In this document: positions 39,211-52,330 of the stretch, one piece after another
Numbering within the stretch: position 1 is the first letter of the stretch
Layout: each line of letters opens with the position of its first letter
Assembly: GCF_036321535.1 (NCBI RefSeq)
Contig: NC_087447.1
Location: 35,962,001 to 36,026,000 of the forward strand
DNA length: 64,000 nt
Direction of reading: 5' to 3'
From: Camelus dromedarius
Taxonomy: Eukaryota
Made by a program: the position numbers and the translations under genes
Notes under the pieces: model-generated
What the model was told of the DNA's origin: nothing
Databases searched by the model: none
The model's input: only the letters and a program-made list of their open reading frames with translations

Positions 39211-41829
39211 TCACCTGTTACCTTATAAAAAATAATTTAAAAGTATCACTGAGTTAGTTGTTTTAAAAATATCATTGAGTTAGCTGAGTTTTTTTAAAAA
39301 AAAAAACTGAATTGAAACTTTTGTTTACCTTTGCAAGTGCTGTATGCCATTGTAAACAGGCTGACCAAATGACCATTAAAAAACCTAAGAGTTTTCAGTG
39401 TAATCATGGCTGAAAAGCCCAAGTTATGACTTAACTGCTCAAGTCAATTCTGATGTCTTCTACTCACACTTCTGGAGCTTAATTGAGTCTCCATGGCTCC
39501 TGGCATGTATGGTTTTCAAATAATTAGAAAATGAATTAACTGCTAAATTATTGAATAGTCTATGATGAGCACGTGGAAAGTCAGCTCAGTGATATACCTC
39601 AGAAAGTTCATTTTGCAGATCCCATCAGGAGCTGTGATTATCGCTTGATGTGGTCAATCCACAGTTTAAAAGAGTCTTTCACACAGACTCCTCCCCTCCA
39701 CCTTGCGTTCATCTGCAAGGTCCCTTAGGCTCTCCTTCTCTCACCAGACAACACACATACACATTAACAAGTAGTTCTATCTTAGCAGCTGGCAGCTATG
39801 TCACATATTTTGAAATATGTTCTTTTTTTAAAATAGTGTCCACCTTTACTTCAATACACAGTAGAAGCCTGAGAGTAATAAAAATAAACGATGTTAAATC
39901 CAATCTTGGAAGTGGAATCCCTTTACCAATTTGTCACTTCTGCTGTCTCACTCTTCTTTCAAGTCTACCACAAAAATGAAGAGAGTCAAGGAAGAGTATG
40001 TTGTATATATGAATGTGTCAGTGTGTATGTCCTGACAGCATCTCAGAGTGACAAAGTGACAAGAAGTCTCCAGGCATCTACTCTAAAACACTGACTGAAT
40101 GTATGGTTCATAGACATTTAACTGGGTCCCAAGCTTATTACAAATAACAATAGAAACCACCTACTGAGTGTTTACTGTGTACCAAGAAGTATGTTAAACA
40201 TTTTTATTACATTAATTTAATTACTACAATGACCCTGTGAAATAAATATTATTATCTCCATTTTAAAGTATAGGAAACTGAGACATATCAGTTTAAAAAC
40301 TTGATCTGGGTCACAGAGCAGTAAGTCATAGATCCAGAGTTTGGACCTGGGAATGACTGACTCCAAAGCCTATGTCTGCTTTTATGAGCTGTGGTTCTCA
40401 AAGTGTGGTCCCTGAGCCAGCAGCATCAGCATCACCTGGGAATTAGTTAGAAATGCAAATCTTCAGGGCTTACTCCAAACCTCCTACATCAGAGAATGTC
40501 TGAGGGTGGCAAGGAAGATGATGGCGGGGATAGGGCACAATCTGTTTCAACAAGCCCTATCGGTGATTCTGATGCATGCTAACATTTGAAAATACTGCGT
40601 CCCTTTGCTCTGTTAGTCACAAAACTCTTCTACAATGAGAGACAAAAAGAATGCTCATCTGAAAAATAAATTTAGATCCTCAAGGGAAAGAAAAATGGGT
40701 GTTATATCTAAGAAGGGCAGGGCAAAATTAAATTCAGGTCTGTATTCTAATTCCAGCTGCACCACTCATTTGCTATGTGACCACAGGTCAGTCAATTAAC
40801 TTACTTTGTCATTTTTTTACATAATGGATTTTTTAAAAAAATAGGAATTTAACTAGACCTCAGTATTCTTTAAGCTCTTAAATTCTATTACCATTTTATT
40901 CTTTTGAATAAAGAGTAGATCTTTTCTCTTACATTATCAGAAATACTAATAAAATTGTACTCATACCAATTGTAAGAATGATTACGTTATATGATTTATA
41001 AATGCCTTTAAACTAAACATTGCTTACTCAGCCAGCTGAAAATTATCCTGGTAGATCAAATAGAAGATCCACGTGCTGCAATATAAAAAATACAAAATTC
41101 AACTACCAAAGAAAGTCCCTATCCAGTATAAAAATGAGGTTAAGCCAGGAACATTTCATACTTTGATATAGTGTGAGACATCGTACACTTTGAGAGGCTG
41201 AATTTTATGATATGTGGATCAAATTTCAATTTTTTTAAAAGCAATGAAAAACAGAGCAAAAAATCTGAGCTTGTAAAATAAAATGTGAACATTAAAAAAA
41301 GACAAATACAATTTGCAAATATCAGTTACCTATAGGAAGCATAGATGTTTAGAATGAGCCATGCTCTATAAATTTTCATTATTATCTTGTTTTTACATTT
41401 TAATGAATTTTGCCTGGGTGTCTTATCATTACTAGAAAGGTAAATGAAAATCTGACACTTTAATTTTGGATTTACCTGTTTTTCCTTATAATTTTGTCAA
41501 TTTTTGTTTAAATATTTTGAGGCTATGTTATTAAATGTACACAAATTTAAGATTTTCCAGCTTTCTGTTAGATTTAATCCTTTTACTATTTGAGTGACTT
41601 TTATATTCCAGTTTGCCTTAAGGTCTATTTTGATTGTAATATAGCTAAAGCAATTTTCTTTTGATTAATATGTAGATACACACACATACACACACATACA
41701 CTCTCACATACTTCTTTTTTATTCAGCCTAACAATCTTTGTCTTCTAACTAGAGTATTTTCTGTTTATATATTTTTAATGTATTTAGATTAGTTTTTAAA
41801 ATGGGCTTGATGTTATTTTTATTCTATTT

Positions 41830-41965
41830 TTTGTTGTTGTTGTTGGGGGTTCTTTTGGTGGTGAGGGAGGTAATTAGGTTATTTTTGGAGGAGGCACTGG
41901 GAACTAAGCCAAGGACTTCATGCATACTAAGCATGCGCTCTACACTTGAGCTATCCCCTATCCCC
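41830..41965 (-). mobile_element. tRNA-derived SINE (Vic-1-like), reverse orientation
   Basis: ggagggaggtaattaggtt...gcatactaagcatgcgctctacacttgagctatcccc is the reverse complement of the other copies. Confidence 0.8.
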
Positions 41966-43477
41966 TCTCTGTTTATATTTAATCAAATTGCTGACAATAA
42001 TTCCTCAGTTTAATATCTTAGAAATCAGAGACTGTTTTTCAGTTAACGCAGTATTAATCTTTACTGCCTGCACATGCGTGGACTTTATCATAGTTATTCC
42101 TACAGCCATTACTTCAGATTGAGCTTTTGCATTTTTTGGTACAAATTGAATGTAACTGCCATTTAAAATGTCTTCAAAAGGATTAAATTGTGATTTGGCA
42201 TTGAAATAAAAGTTATTTTGTAAACACAGAAATAAAGCAGCTGATATTAGTGAAGTAAATAGTTGATGTTAAAGGAATAACAGCAACTTTAGTTTTCTTG
42301 TAAAGGAACAACTAAGTGCTTTACCTGACCTTAGACAGGAAGGTGCCCACAAGAAGGTAAAGCTGCTTTACATTTTGTTACTGAGATATAGCAAGGTTAC
42401 CTACAAGCAACCAAACAATGCAAATCAAGGCAGTGGAAACTGACAGTGCCTCCAATAAATTTTTTAAAAATCTATATGGAACATGAGGCTAATTTGATGG
42501 ATTCATGTATTGTTAAGGCAAATGTCAATTTGTCAGAGACTTCCTACCAACACTGAACAGAAACTGCATAACTTCCATGTGATTCGATGAAAAAACAAAG
42601 CTGAGTTTAGTCAACAGGAAATGCTGACAAAATCCTGATGTTCCTTTACAGGCACTGAGAAATGAAACTTTAATGCTAAAGGTGCTAAAGAGATGAATAT
42701 CCTGAGAATGGGTTACACAGGAAACAGCACATCACTGTAACACTGGCATCAACACCTATGGCAAACAAAAGCAACAAAAGTTGCTGCCATATTCAATTTT
42801 AGACTACAAAATAATTTCCCAGAAATGTTTTATATGCATAAACATGAGGGGAGTGTATGATAGCTGAACTAAAGGAAGGCTGGTTTGAGTGTCTGAGAGC
42901 CTTTCATAGCCTGCCGGGCATATGTGTTTAGCTCTTGATGTCTTCTGAGGCTGTATATCTGAATATTTAAAGGACAGGCTGCCTGAAAAATGACATAACT
43001 TGATGTTATCCCTGATGCCATGTCTAAACAAACTGTAACTCCTCAACTTTTTAGTCAGTAAACCATTGAAGGAAGAGCTGAGGAAAGAAGATGAACTGAA
43101 AACTTTCCGTTGTCATCTTTTGAAAAACGCTAGCACCAAAGCCTGCAAAATGAATATCATCTCAAGAATGTACTAGCATCAAAGCTTGCAAAATGAGTGT
43201 CAGAGGCTTGGAGAAAATTCCAGGCAAATGGTCTTAAAGAAATTCCCAGAATAAAATCATCCTCACTCTCCATAGTAGACAGAACAATGCTATGTGGGAA
43301 AACACAAACAAATAGAATTCTGAATCAAGAAAGTGTTTCAAGAGGCTCAGACTATGAATGTGAAAAAGTCTTAAGAATACCTTAACCAATTTATTTAACT
43401 TTCAATTTCTTTATGTATCTGTGAAAGTGATGTGAGAAAAATCTATATGTCTAAATGAATCTTAAAAAGCACTTTCA

Positions 43478-43670
43478 CAATGTAAACTGTGGACTTTGGT
43501 TGATAATAATGTGCCCATGTTGGTTCATTGATTGTACCAAATATGCCACACTGATGAAGGATGTTGAGGGTAGGGGAGTATATATGTGTTGGTGTAAACT
43601 GTCTCTATTTTCTGCTCAATTCTGCTGTGAACCTGAAACTGCTCTAAAAAAAAAAAGTTTACTAAAAAAA
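43478..43670 (+). mobile_element. Old L1 (L1MC-like) 3' end
   Basis: aatgtaaactgtggactttgg...ttctgctcaattctgctgtgaacctgaaactgctctaaaaa. A similar fragment lies at about 31060-31400. Confidence 0.7.
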
Positions 43671-43684
43671 AAAAAGCCCTTTCA

Positions 43685-43791
43685 GTGCTCACTTCATCAG
43701 AACATATACTAAAACTGGAATGATACAGAGAAGATTAGCATGACCCCTGAGCAAGGATGACATGCAAATTTGTGAAGCATTCCATATTTTT
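43685..43791 (+). pseudogene. Full-length U6 snRNA retrocopy (5' part of a U6/L1 chimera)
   Basis: gtgctcacttc...gatacagagaagattagcatg...aaggatgac...ttccatattttt aligns end to end with U6, with roughly 11 substitutions, many at CpG. No PSE/TATA seen upstream. Confidence 0.93.
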
Positions 43792-44154
43792 CTAAATGAA
43801 ATAAATCAGAGAGACAAATATCATATATCACTTATATGTGGAATCTAAAAAAAAAATGACATGAACTTATTTACAAAACAGAAACAGACTCACAAACATA
43901 GAAAACAAACTTAAGGTTACCAAAGGGGAAGAGGTGGGGAATGGATAAATTAGGAGTTTGGGATTAGCAGATACAAACTATATATATAATAGATGAACAA
44001 CAAGGTCCTTCTATATAGCCCAGGGAAATATATTGAATACTTGTAATAACCTATAATGAAAAAGAATATATATATATATATATGAATCACTATGCTGTAC
44101 ACCAAAAAACTAACACAACATTGTAAATCAACTATACTTCAATTAAAAAAAAAA
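43792..44154 (+). mobile_element. L1 3' end fused directly to the U6 copy
   Basis: ctaaatgaaataaatcaga...cacttatatgtggaatctaaaa...cattgtaaatcaactatacttcaatt plus poly(A). Confidence 0.88.
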
Positions 44155-47100
44155 CCCACTTTCAATAAAAAAAACACAAAATGAAATTGTAAGTGATAAA
44201 GCACAGTGTCGTAGTCTAATTGGGAGTATGTGTTCTATAGGGCATAAAATGATGTGTCTTAACATCTATCAATGGAGTCAGAGTCAATGAAATACCATCT
44301 TCTTTTGGGCTTTCTATTTATTCTGCCTCTTTAATATTTATTTCCTCCCCTTTCTTGCCTTTTTTAAATTTTGTTTTTGATTGAAGAGTTTTTAAAATAC
44401 GCTTTTCTATTCTATTTTCTAACCTTTTAGTGTATATTCTAGAAATAATTCAATTAACTTACTGAAGTCTAAAGCTAATTAGAACATTTACTCCCTAATA
44501 AGGCTGCAGTAAATATTAACTGTTATCATAACAAAAGCAATAAAAAAATTTCCTAGCTCATTAGGTAGAAAAGTAAGGATACAAAAATCTCTTTAAATAC
44601 CAAGATAATGTCAAATGTGTGAGAAATAGGTTTACAGATTTACATGAACCCAATGTATACAAATGTCCATACAAAAAAGAAAGCAAGATGAGCGGTAAGG
44701 AGTGGCAATGGGACGAAGAGGAGACTAACCTACTTTTCTTCCGTTATCAGGTCAGTAAGAATGGCCTTCTCCTTTCTTTTATCACCCTCTTCTTTCATAG
44801 AGACCTAAAGAGGACATACTGGGCTGAACTAGGCTGACACAGTACCCTAACCCAGACCAAGAAAGGCTGAAAATTTATGCTCTCAAGTAGTATGATGTGA
44901 AATTCTAAACCAAGCAACAATCTCATGACAGTATGGAAAGCCCTGAACTCAAAGGCATGGGAGCCTCAAGCAAAATTACAAAATAAGCAGAGTTCTTAAG
45001 CCTCTCCTAACACTCAGTAGATATAAAATAATTTCCCTAAATTTCCAAATTCTAAAAATAAGCTTCTCTCTCCTTCCCTGTCTCCACCAAATTGAGATTC
45101 TCATTCATACAGGGAGGCAAATTTAACTACTAATTCATACCAGTAATTATCCAGATCACGTTTACTTGGTGTGTGGGGTGTGTGTGTGTGAAAATAGTTT
45201 CTTGTTTTGCTTGTAAGGAGAAATATCCTGGAAGTGGTTAAAAAGAGTGGTCATGGGTGAGAAGGGTGAAGAATACAGAAAACTGAAACTAGTTTGTCTC
45301 TCTTTTCTTTTAATAGTCTCTATTCCTCCCTCATCTATCTTTTTCCTCCCTCCCTCAACCCTCCTCTTTCACTCCTCTACCTTTTAAATTTAAGACTGAA
45401 TTAATACATGAGGACACCAGCCAATGGAGCACTTCTGCTAGTCATTCCAAAGGTGGTAAAGAAGAAAAGTGCCGGTTTCAATGCTTTGTTATTTTTAAGC
45501 TCCATTATAGCTTCTGCTGTATAACATTTCTTGGGCAAGCCCTCGGTTACTTTGACAGTGTACCTTGAATAAATTCAGCCACAAAACAAAACAAAACAAA
45601 ATAAGACTATATTGAAGTATGTTTTCTTTACTCTGTTGTATGTTACTTATTAATTTAACAAATTTTTATGAAGTACCCAGTATGTACCAGATATTAGGCT
45701 GGATACACAGGTAAGTGAGAAAGACACGGTCCCTACCCTCAAAGAGTTATCAGTCTAGTGTGAAAGGCAGCCTATCAAACAATCACAATTTGAAAAAAGC
45801 TGCTTACAAAACAACACGTAGCATGATACTTTCTGTTAATTAAAAAAAATTAATGCATTAAAATGATATTCAGCAAATAGACTTACAGGTGATTTACAAT
45901 GCTAAATATCTCTTAAAAACAAAACTAGCTTGTTTTTATACTCATAAAACTCCTGATTATTTTGTTTATTTGGGGTCAGTGGTTCTGATTGGAAAAAAAG
46001 GAAATCAGACCACTGGTAGCAAAGGAAATACTATACTTTGTGCTTAAGTGATTATGGAAAAATTCAAAACCTTGCAAAAACACAAATATATTTTGTAGAA
46101 ATAAAATCTTAATTTGCTCCTTATCTTCCTTCTAATATCCCTAAAAGATTGCCTGAATCTTTAGATTTGTCCTCCATCAAAGTTCTAGTTCCTAAATTTC
46201 AGTTTTCTTTCCTCAAAACAGTAATTCTCTTTCTTTTCAGACAGAATGGCATTTGAACCATTTTGCAAGACAAGTACAGGGTATATTTACATAATATTCA
46301 CCAAAAACAGTCTGGAAGGAAATAAAATATTGATATACCTAAGTAAGTTAAGCAAGGGCTAGTAGTTAAGTAAGAGGAAATTTCAAAACAGATAACAGTT
46401 AAGTGGTTGAAAAAAAAAACAAACCACAACTTTTAACCAACAAGCAAGATAAAAATGTTCCTAGTGTGACAGTATTGAACTTAAACATGGATTTACACTT
46501 TCCAACAAAAATTTATTTCCTGATGATTTATTATGTGACACTTTTAGGATAAATTATCTCTGTCTTTTCAGTACTTTGCATAAAGCAAGTGGCTCAATAA
46601 ATATTAGCTCTTTTTTAAAACATCCATAAATTATACAACAAACATCTAGTATTGAACATTTATGAGTAATTTTAAAAAAATAATCAGAACAAATACCCAA
46701 TCAAGACAGAAAGCCTTCTATAGTGAATCATGTAATCAAAGTAAGAAAGAGATACAATTTATTAGATGAAACTTATTTCCTTCTGGAGACAATGGTCAGA
46801 CTTCAAGCTCTGCCATGGCAAATAATGAAGCTTCTATTAACAGTTATTCACAGCTTACAGATCTCAGAGAGGAAAGAAAAAGAGATCCATACTGTGGCAA
46901 AAACTTCTATTTGCCTGCCAATATCCAAATCTTCCCTTCCTCTTCAATAACAAAAGCCCAATTTTTTCCAGGTCAGCCATGCATCCAGCTACATTTCCCT
47001 GCTTCCCTGGTAGCCTGAGCTTTGATTCAGAAAATTTCCTTAAAGGGAGAGGATGCATCCTTCTTTGTCTTTATGTTACTGCCTGGAACTTGGCAGTGAC

Positions 47101-47326
47101 TGTTAGAGCTCTGGCAGCTATTTTGGATATGAAGACCAGGGCCACACCTTAGGGATAGCAGATCAAAGAACTGGAAAAAGTTTAGGGCCTTGGTGACTTT
47201 ATGAAGCTACTATATCTATGCTAGACTGCCTACTTCAAGAATTATTTTACATGAGAAAATAAATATTGTGTGTGTCAATCACCATTAAGGCTATTTTCAT
47301 TTTTGCTTCCTTAACTGATCACTTAC

Positions 47327-47480
47327 CTTTAAACGGGTAAAGAATTTTTATTTCCTTTTTACAGATGAGGCAACTGAGATCCAGAGAAATCAGATGATTG
47401 CACAACGTCAAATTAGTGTAGAGTTGAGTCTTGGCTCCTCTCTCAATGCTTTTTCACTAAGAGCTGATTCTTAACAGGCT
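47327..47480 (-). other. NUCB2: NUCB2 non-coding exon 2 (MIR-derived 5'UTR exon, 154 nt)
   Basis: Acceptor ttatatttag, donor aag|gtaagt, MIR core (tctctggatctcagttgcctcatctgtaaaa). Resembles the human NUCB2 5'UTR as I recall it. Confidence 0.72.
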
Positions 47481-49047
47481 CTAAATATAAAAAGTAAATG
47501 TAAAAATTCATTAAATATAAACATAAATTTAGCCTTATTACAGTGGTAATGGTATACATTTGTCACATCCTCTGAAAAGAAAAAGTGCCAAATTTTTATC
47601 ATGTGAGAAGAGTCTATATCATATTCCAGTGGAAAAGGAAAAGAAATATATTAAATAAACACAATCAAAGACCAGAATAAGCAAAGATATTGATTTTGTG
47701 CCCAGATTTTACTATATTGCTCCCCTTTTAAATACTAAGAAGAATGTAGACTAAAAGCTTATTTTCCTTTGCAATGGTACTTCAAGACCATTAAATTCTT
47801 AACTGGAATTTTTCTTAAAATCTTTATCTGGAATCTTTTTTTACCCTTATGATCACTTTTAAAAATTAACCCCAGCTTCAGTCACAGTGATCAGTAATAA
47901 AGCAAGACATCTCAAATTCTTTTTTGAAACCCACTACCTACCTGTAAAATACAAGGCAGTTAGCTCATGTGCAAGCTCACTGGTGAACATAATCAGTTAT
48001 TTCTATGCAGTATGTAAAGAAAATAAGGAAATAAATTATCTTCAAAATTTAAGAACACATGTATTTAATCCTTTTCATGATACTATATTCAACATAAAAT
48101 TATCTAAGCAAGAGAGTGATCATATGTATGTTATGTGCTGGAAAAGCACATGACCTTTATTAACACAGTATGGTAAAAAAAAAAAACAGCATATTGAATC
48201 CTAACCACTCCCATTTACTGGCAAGCTACTTGACTCTCTGAGTCTCGATTTTCATACCTATGAAACTGAACTAATACTTCTTTATAAGTTTTTGACTGGA
48301 TGAAAATAAGAATGAATACAATGTAACTAGCACAGTACATGGCAATAGTAAATGCTCCATAAATAGTAATGCCTTTCCTGTCTTGAAAATTTAATATATA
48401 TGTATATTAAAATAATTAAAATCTGTGATGTAAATACCCAGTCATTGAACTTAAAAAGCAATAAACCAGTTGATATACAATGTTAAACACCATATTCTGA
48501 AAGGCCATGTTAGAGCTCTCCTCCTAGCATTGCCACAGCCAAAGTCCTGATGCAGCTGTAGGCCAATGAAAAGAATACATCCAACAAAAGAAGAACACAA
48601 TCTCTTCCTCCCTGGTATTAAAACAGAGCTTTTTGCAAGAGACCCAGGTTTCTTTCTCCAAGGCCAGGAGAAACCCAGCTTTCTCCCTGAGCCAGGAAAC
48701 CCAGGTTGCTTCTTCTTATTGTCAATGTCAGAATTCTAACAGTGAAAAGGAGTGGGGTGGAGAAAAATAAATGGCTTCTGAATTTCTCCATGGCAGCAGT
48801 GACAAGGGCAACAGATAATCTAGTGTTCAACATCATTTTTCCATTTGAAAATTAGAGTCAATAGGAAAGTGCGACTCAAATAAAATATCAGATGTATGAC
48901 CAGCTCAGCTGGACTCCGACCCTCCTGTGTGTCAAAATATCGGTATTGATTTTAGTGTCTCTGATGTTCGTATCTGTAGAAAAGGACACCAATCAAGGAA
49001 AGCAGTATATCGCTTTTTTCCCCAATCTTAACAGTTGGTTACAGTAT

Positions 49048-49214
49048 TCTTTTTTTTTTCCTAATTGAGTTATAGTCAGTTTACAGTGTTGTGACAATTT
49101 CCAGTGTAGAGCACAATTTTTCAGTTATACATGAACATACATATATTCATTGTCACATTCTTTTTCTTTTTCACTGTGAGCTACCACAAGATCTTGTATA
49201 TATTTCCCTGTGTG
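49048..49214 (-). mobile_element. Short young L1 3' end
   Basis: Poly(T) then aattgagttatagtcagtttacagtgttgtg...; flanked by the near-identical ggttacag(t/c)attct. Confidence 0.75.
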
Positions 49215-51559
49215 GTTACAGCATTCTTGATAACTTTTTTAATAAGCTTCTGAAAAGCAGATACTGTTGCTCATATGTATGTGCAATAAACATATGAGCA
49301 ACAGTAAAATTTTTAAATTTATTAAAGTTACAGTGTCTTCATTATTTATACATACTGTACTTCAGATAACTAAAATACAATATGTTAAAAAGCTCTGCCA
49401 AAATAAAAATATGAAACTGCTATCTCATTTTCATTAAGTTGCTTTAATTTTTAAAATCAGAGAATTCTAGGACCAGAAATTATCTTAGAGGTGGTTCAGT
49501 TCAGATCTTACTTTTATAAAAGGTTGTAAGGCACAGGGAATTTAACTGACTTGGCTACGATTATTTGGCAGAGCCACATTAGGATCTGGCCGTTTAATTC
49601 TAATTAAATATACTTTTCATCATATCATGGTGGTTTTAAAATTTTTTAGATTGAAAATCATTAAAGTGATCAAGGTTTTTCCTTGAATAAAATTATTTGA
49701 AATGGTTAGGAGCCTGTTCTTTAAAGTCCACAAAACTAATTGCATGTAAACATGAAAATAGCAAATTTCCCCTCTCTAGACCTTCAATTATTTAGAAAAA
49801 GTTAATCATCTACCATGCTAAATATAGTCAACTCAATTACTGACAATGCTTAAAAGATTATTTACTAAGGATTATTTTCAATACATTTTGAAATCCTACA
49901 CTTGATTCCTCCAGCTACCCAATACTTAAAAGGGTATTTTGCACACCTCAATGATCCAAAGGGTCCTTAGAAAGTGGAAAGCAATTTAAATATTATTCTA
50001 AATAACACAAAATCACTTTGGTATGTCTACAGAGATACACAACATATCTCAAAATGAAAAGACACTGGTGTTGATCATGCTACTGATACTCTATATTAGT
50101 GCCCGTAACCAATAACTAGGGTCTTGAAAGGTACCCTTATTGCCTTGTTTGTGCATTTCATTTTAACTGGTATTTACAGAGCACAAATCAACTTGGAAAA
50201 AAGCTGAAAGGATATGTACCAAATGTGTGGTATGAACAGTAAGTACTTCAGGAGATTGGAGAGAGGTACACACAACATGGACCTGATGCTTGCAAAATGG
50301 TTAAAACTAGGATAAATGGGGAACAACAGAGGTAACTACAAGGAGACAGAAATGAATTTTTCACTCACCCTTTAAAGTTGGACCAGATCATGGAGAGCTT
50401 AAGGACCAAGATGAGAAATATAAGTTCCTATGTCCACCCTAATAACAAGAGTGATATTATTTGTAATTTCATTTCTAATTCTAAATTTCCATGTTTTTCT
50501 TAAATTATTGACTATTAGCTGAACAATTGTTGAAACATTTGTTCAATATTTGTTGAACTTGGTTTTAAAGTTTTATAAAACAAGAACTCGCTCAGCTTAA
50601 ATCAGAATGAATCCTGGAGCAATATGTATGAGGGGAAAGATGAAAGAATTTGAATATTGCGTGACACTGTTCAACAGAATTCACCTGGGAAGGTCTTAAG
50701 AAACAAGTCATTTAAGCAGGTTGTAAAAGAAGCTACAGGTTATCTGATCCAAATCTATTATACCACTAGTCATACTACTTTTAATGAATTCCTTAAAGCA
50801 CTATCTCATCAATTCTTTTCATTCTTATAGGGAAAGTCCACACTCTCTTTCAAACAAAACTGACTAGCAAATATATTTGCATTTAACTTCCCTTCTCCCC
50901 TCTCCCCGTTTTTTTTTTTAACCAAGGTAGTATATCGTTTGGTGTTCATATTTATCCATGGATTTAAGAGCCTTAATACACAGCTTAGATAGTAGCACTT
51001 ACTTATTCAATTGTGTAAATGGATATTGTCCAATTTAGGAGTTTAGTGGACACTTTGAGACTTTCAAGAGGTTCTGTCTTCCAGAAATGAAAATAATGGC
51101 TCAATGATTCATGTTCATATGTTCTGTCTCTCTCTTGACACTGTAAAATAATTGTCATCCAAGACCACTGTCAGGAGCAACCACAATAACCACATCTGCT
51201 CACTGAGTATTCAGCAGGTGCAACAAGGAAGTACGGTCTCTCTCATACCCAGTACCATCATCTCACACCTAATGACCTGTGACCTAGGGAAAACAATACC
51301 ACAACTGGCAAGAACTTTCTCCTCTCCTAAGTGTCACTGGTTGTCGATTTAAGAGAACAGCAGAAGAGCAGAATTCACCGGCCTAGCTTTGCTCGGCCTG
51401 GCGAGGGGTGGTGAGCATCACCTCAGAACTGGTGGGTATACCTTCCTCACCAGTGGGTACTTCCCTCGCCCATCGACCTGCCAAGGCCAGGCAAGAGCTT
51501 TGCCCGGGTCTCAGTTCTACACCCACCTCCGCCTGCTCCCCGCCAAGAGCCTGCCACCT

Positions 51560-52330
51560 TCATCGCCCCCAAGGAAATTACGGGTGCCCTGCAGCGAATG
51601 GAGCGGAGGAAGGGACCCCGGGCCTCAAGCTCGAGCTAGAACCCACTCCCCACTGTGCCCGCCCGCCGTGTGGCTCCCACCAGCCTCACTGCCGGGGCAG
51701 GGTAGGCGAAGACTTGAGCCTTATCTCAGGACCCACTCCAGCATCCCGCGGCGCTGATCCGAACCCACCTCGAGGCCACCGGCCTTACCCAGCTGGGTCT
51801 CAGCGCACGAAACTCCGCCTGCTGAATGCTTGCAGCGCACAGACCTGTCTCTCCAGCCCCCAGCCGGCGGCTTTGCTCTGTGCTTCTACCCACCGCGCGC
51901 TCCCGCCTCCTTGGTGCCATGGCGACAGTCTCCCTCCCAGTCCCCGCAGCCGCTGATTGGTCCTACCCGGATAGTGGAAGGTGCGGATTGGTGAGGGCGG
52001 AGACCAGGCCGCGCCGGAGGGCTCGGAGGCGGGCGGTGTGGAGAGAAAACGCGTAGGAGCCCAGAGGGAGGGTGAGCCAAGAGGGACGTGGCGCTCTGCT
52101 ACGCGGGCGGGGAGGCCGCGCCCCTTCCTTCTCGCGCTTCCATGGAGAATCCTGTGGAGTAGGATTTGGGCGGGTGAGGTGCTTAGCCGGGACCGGGACA
52201 AAACCCCAGGTCTCGCCACCCGCCTCGGCCGCTGGCCCGCGCCGGCAGTGCCCAGAGCGGTCCGAGACAGGCTGTCAGGCTCATTTTCGCCCACAGGCCT
52301 CTCTTGGGTCTAACACCCCAGGCCTCCTCC
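51560..52330 (-). promoter_or_regulatory. NUCB2: NUCB2 CpG-island promoter
   Basis: CpG-rich; two CCAAT boxes on the - strand (51956-51960, 51987-51991) and GC boxes (about 51995, 52030, 52104). Confidence 0.85.
51789..51900 (-). other. NUCB2: NUCB2 exon 1 (5' end uncertain)
   Basis: Strong donor cagctgg|gtaagg at 51789/51788 inside the CpG island, downstream of the CCAAT boxes. Confidence 0.75.

Noticed and set aside
39329..39384. Possible small cassette exon in NUCB2 intron 2 (ttag|...aag|gtaaac)
   Set aside because: Weak polypyrimidine tract and no other support from sequence alone.
43685..43791. Functional U6 snRNA gene
   Set aside because: Multiple substitutions, no upstream PSE/TATA seen, and fused to an L1 3' end; it is a retrocopy.
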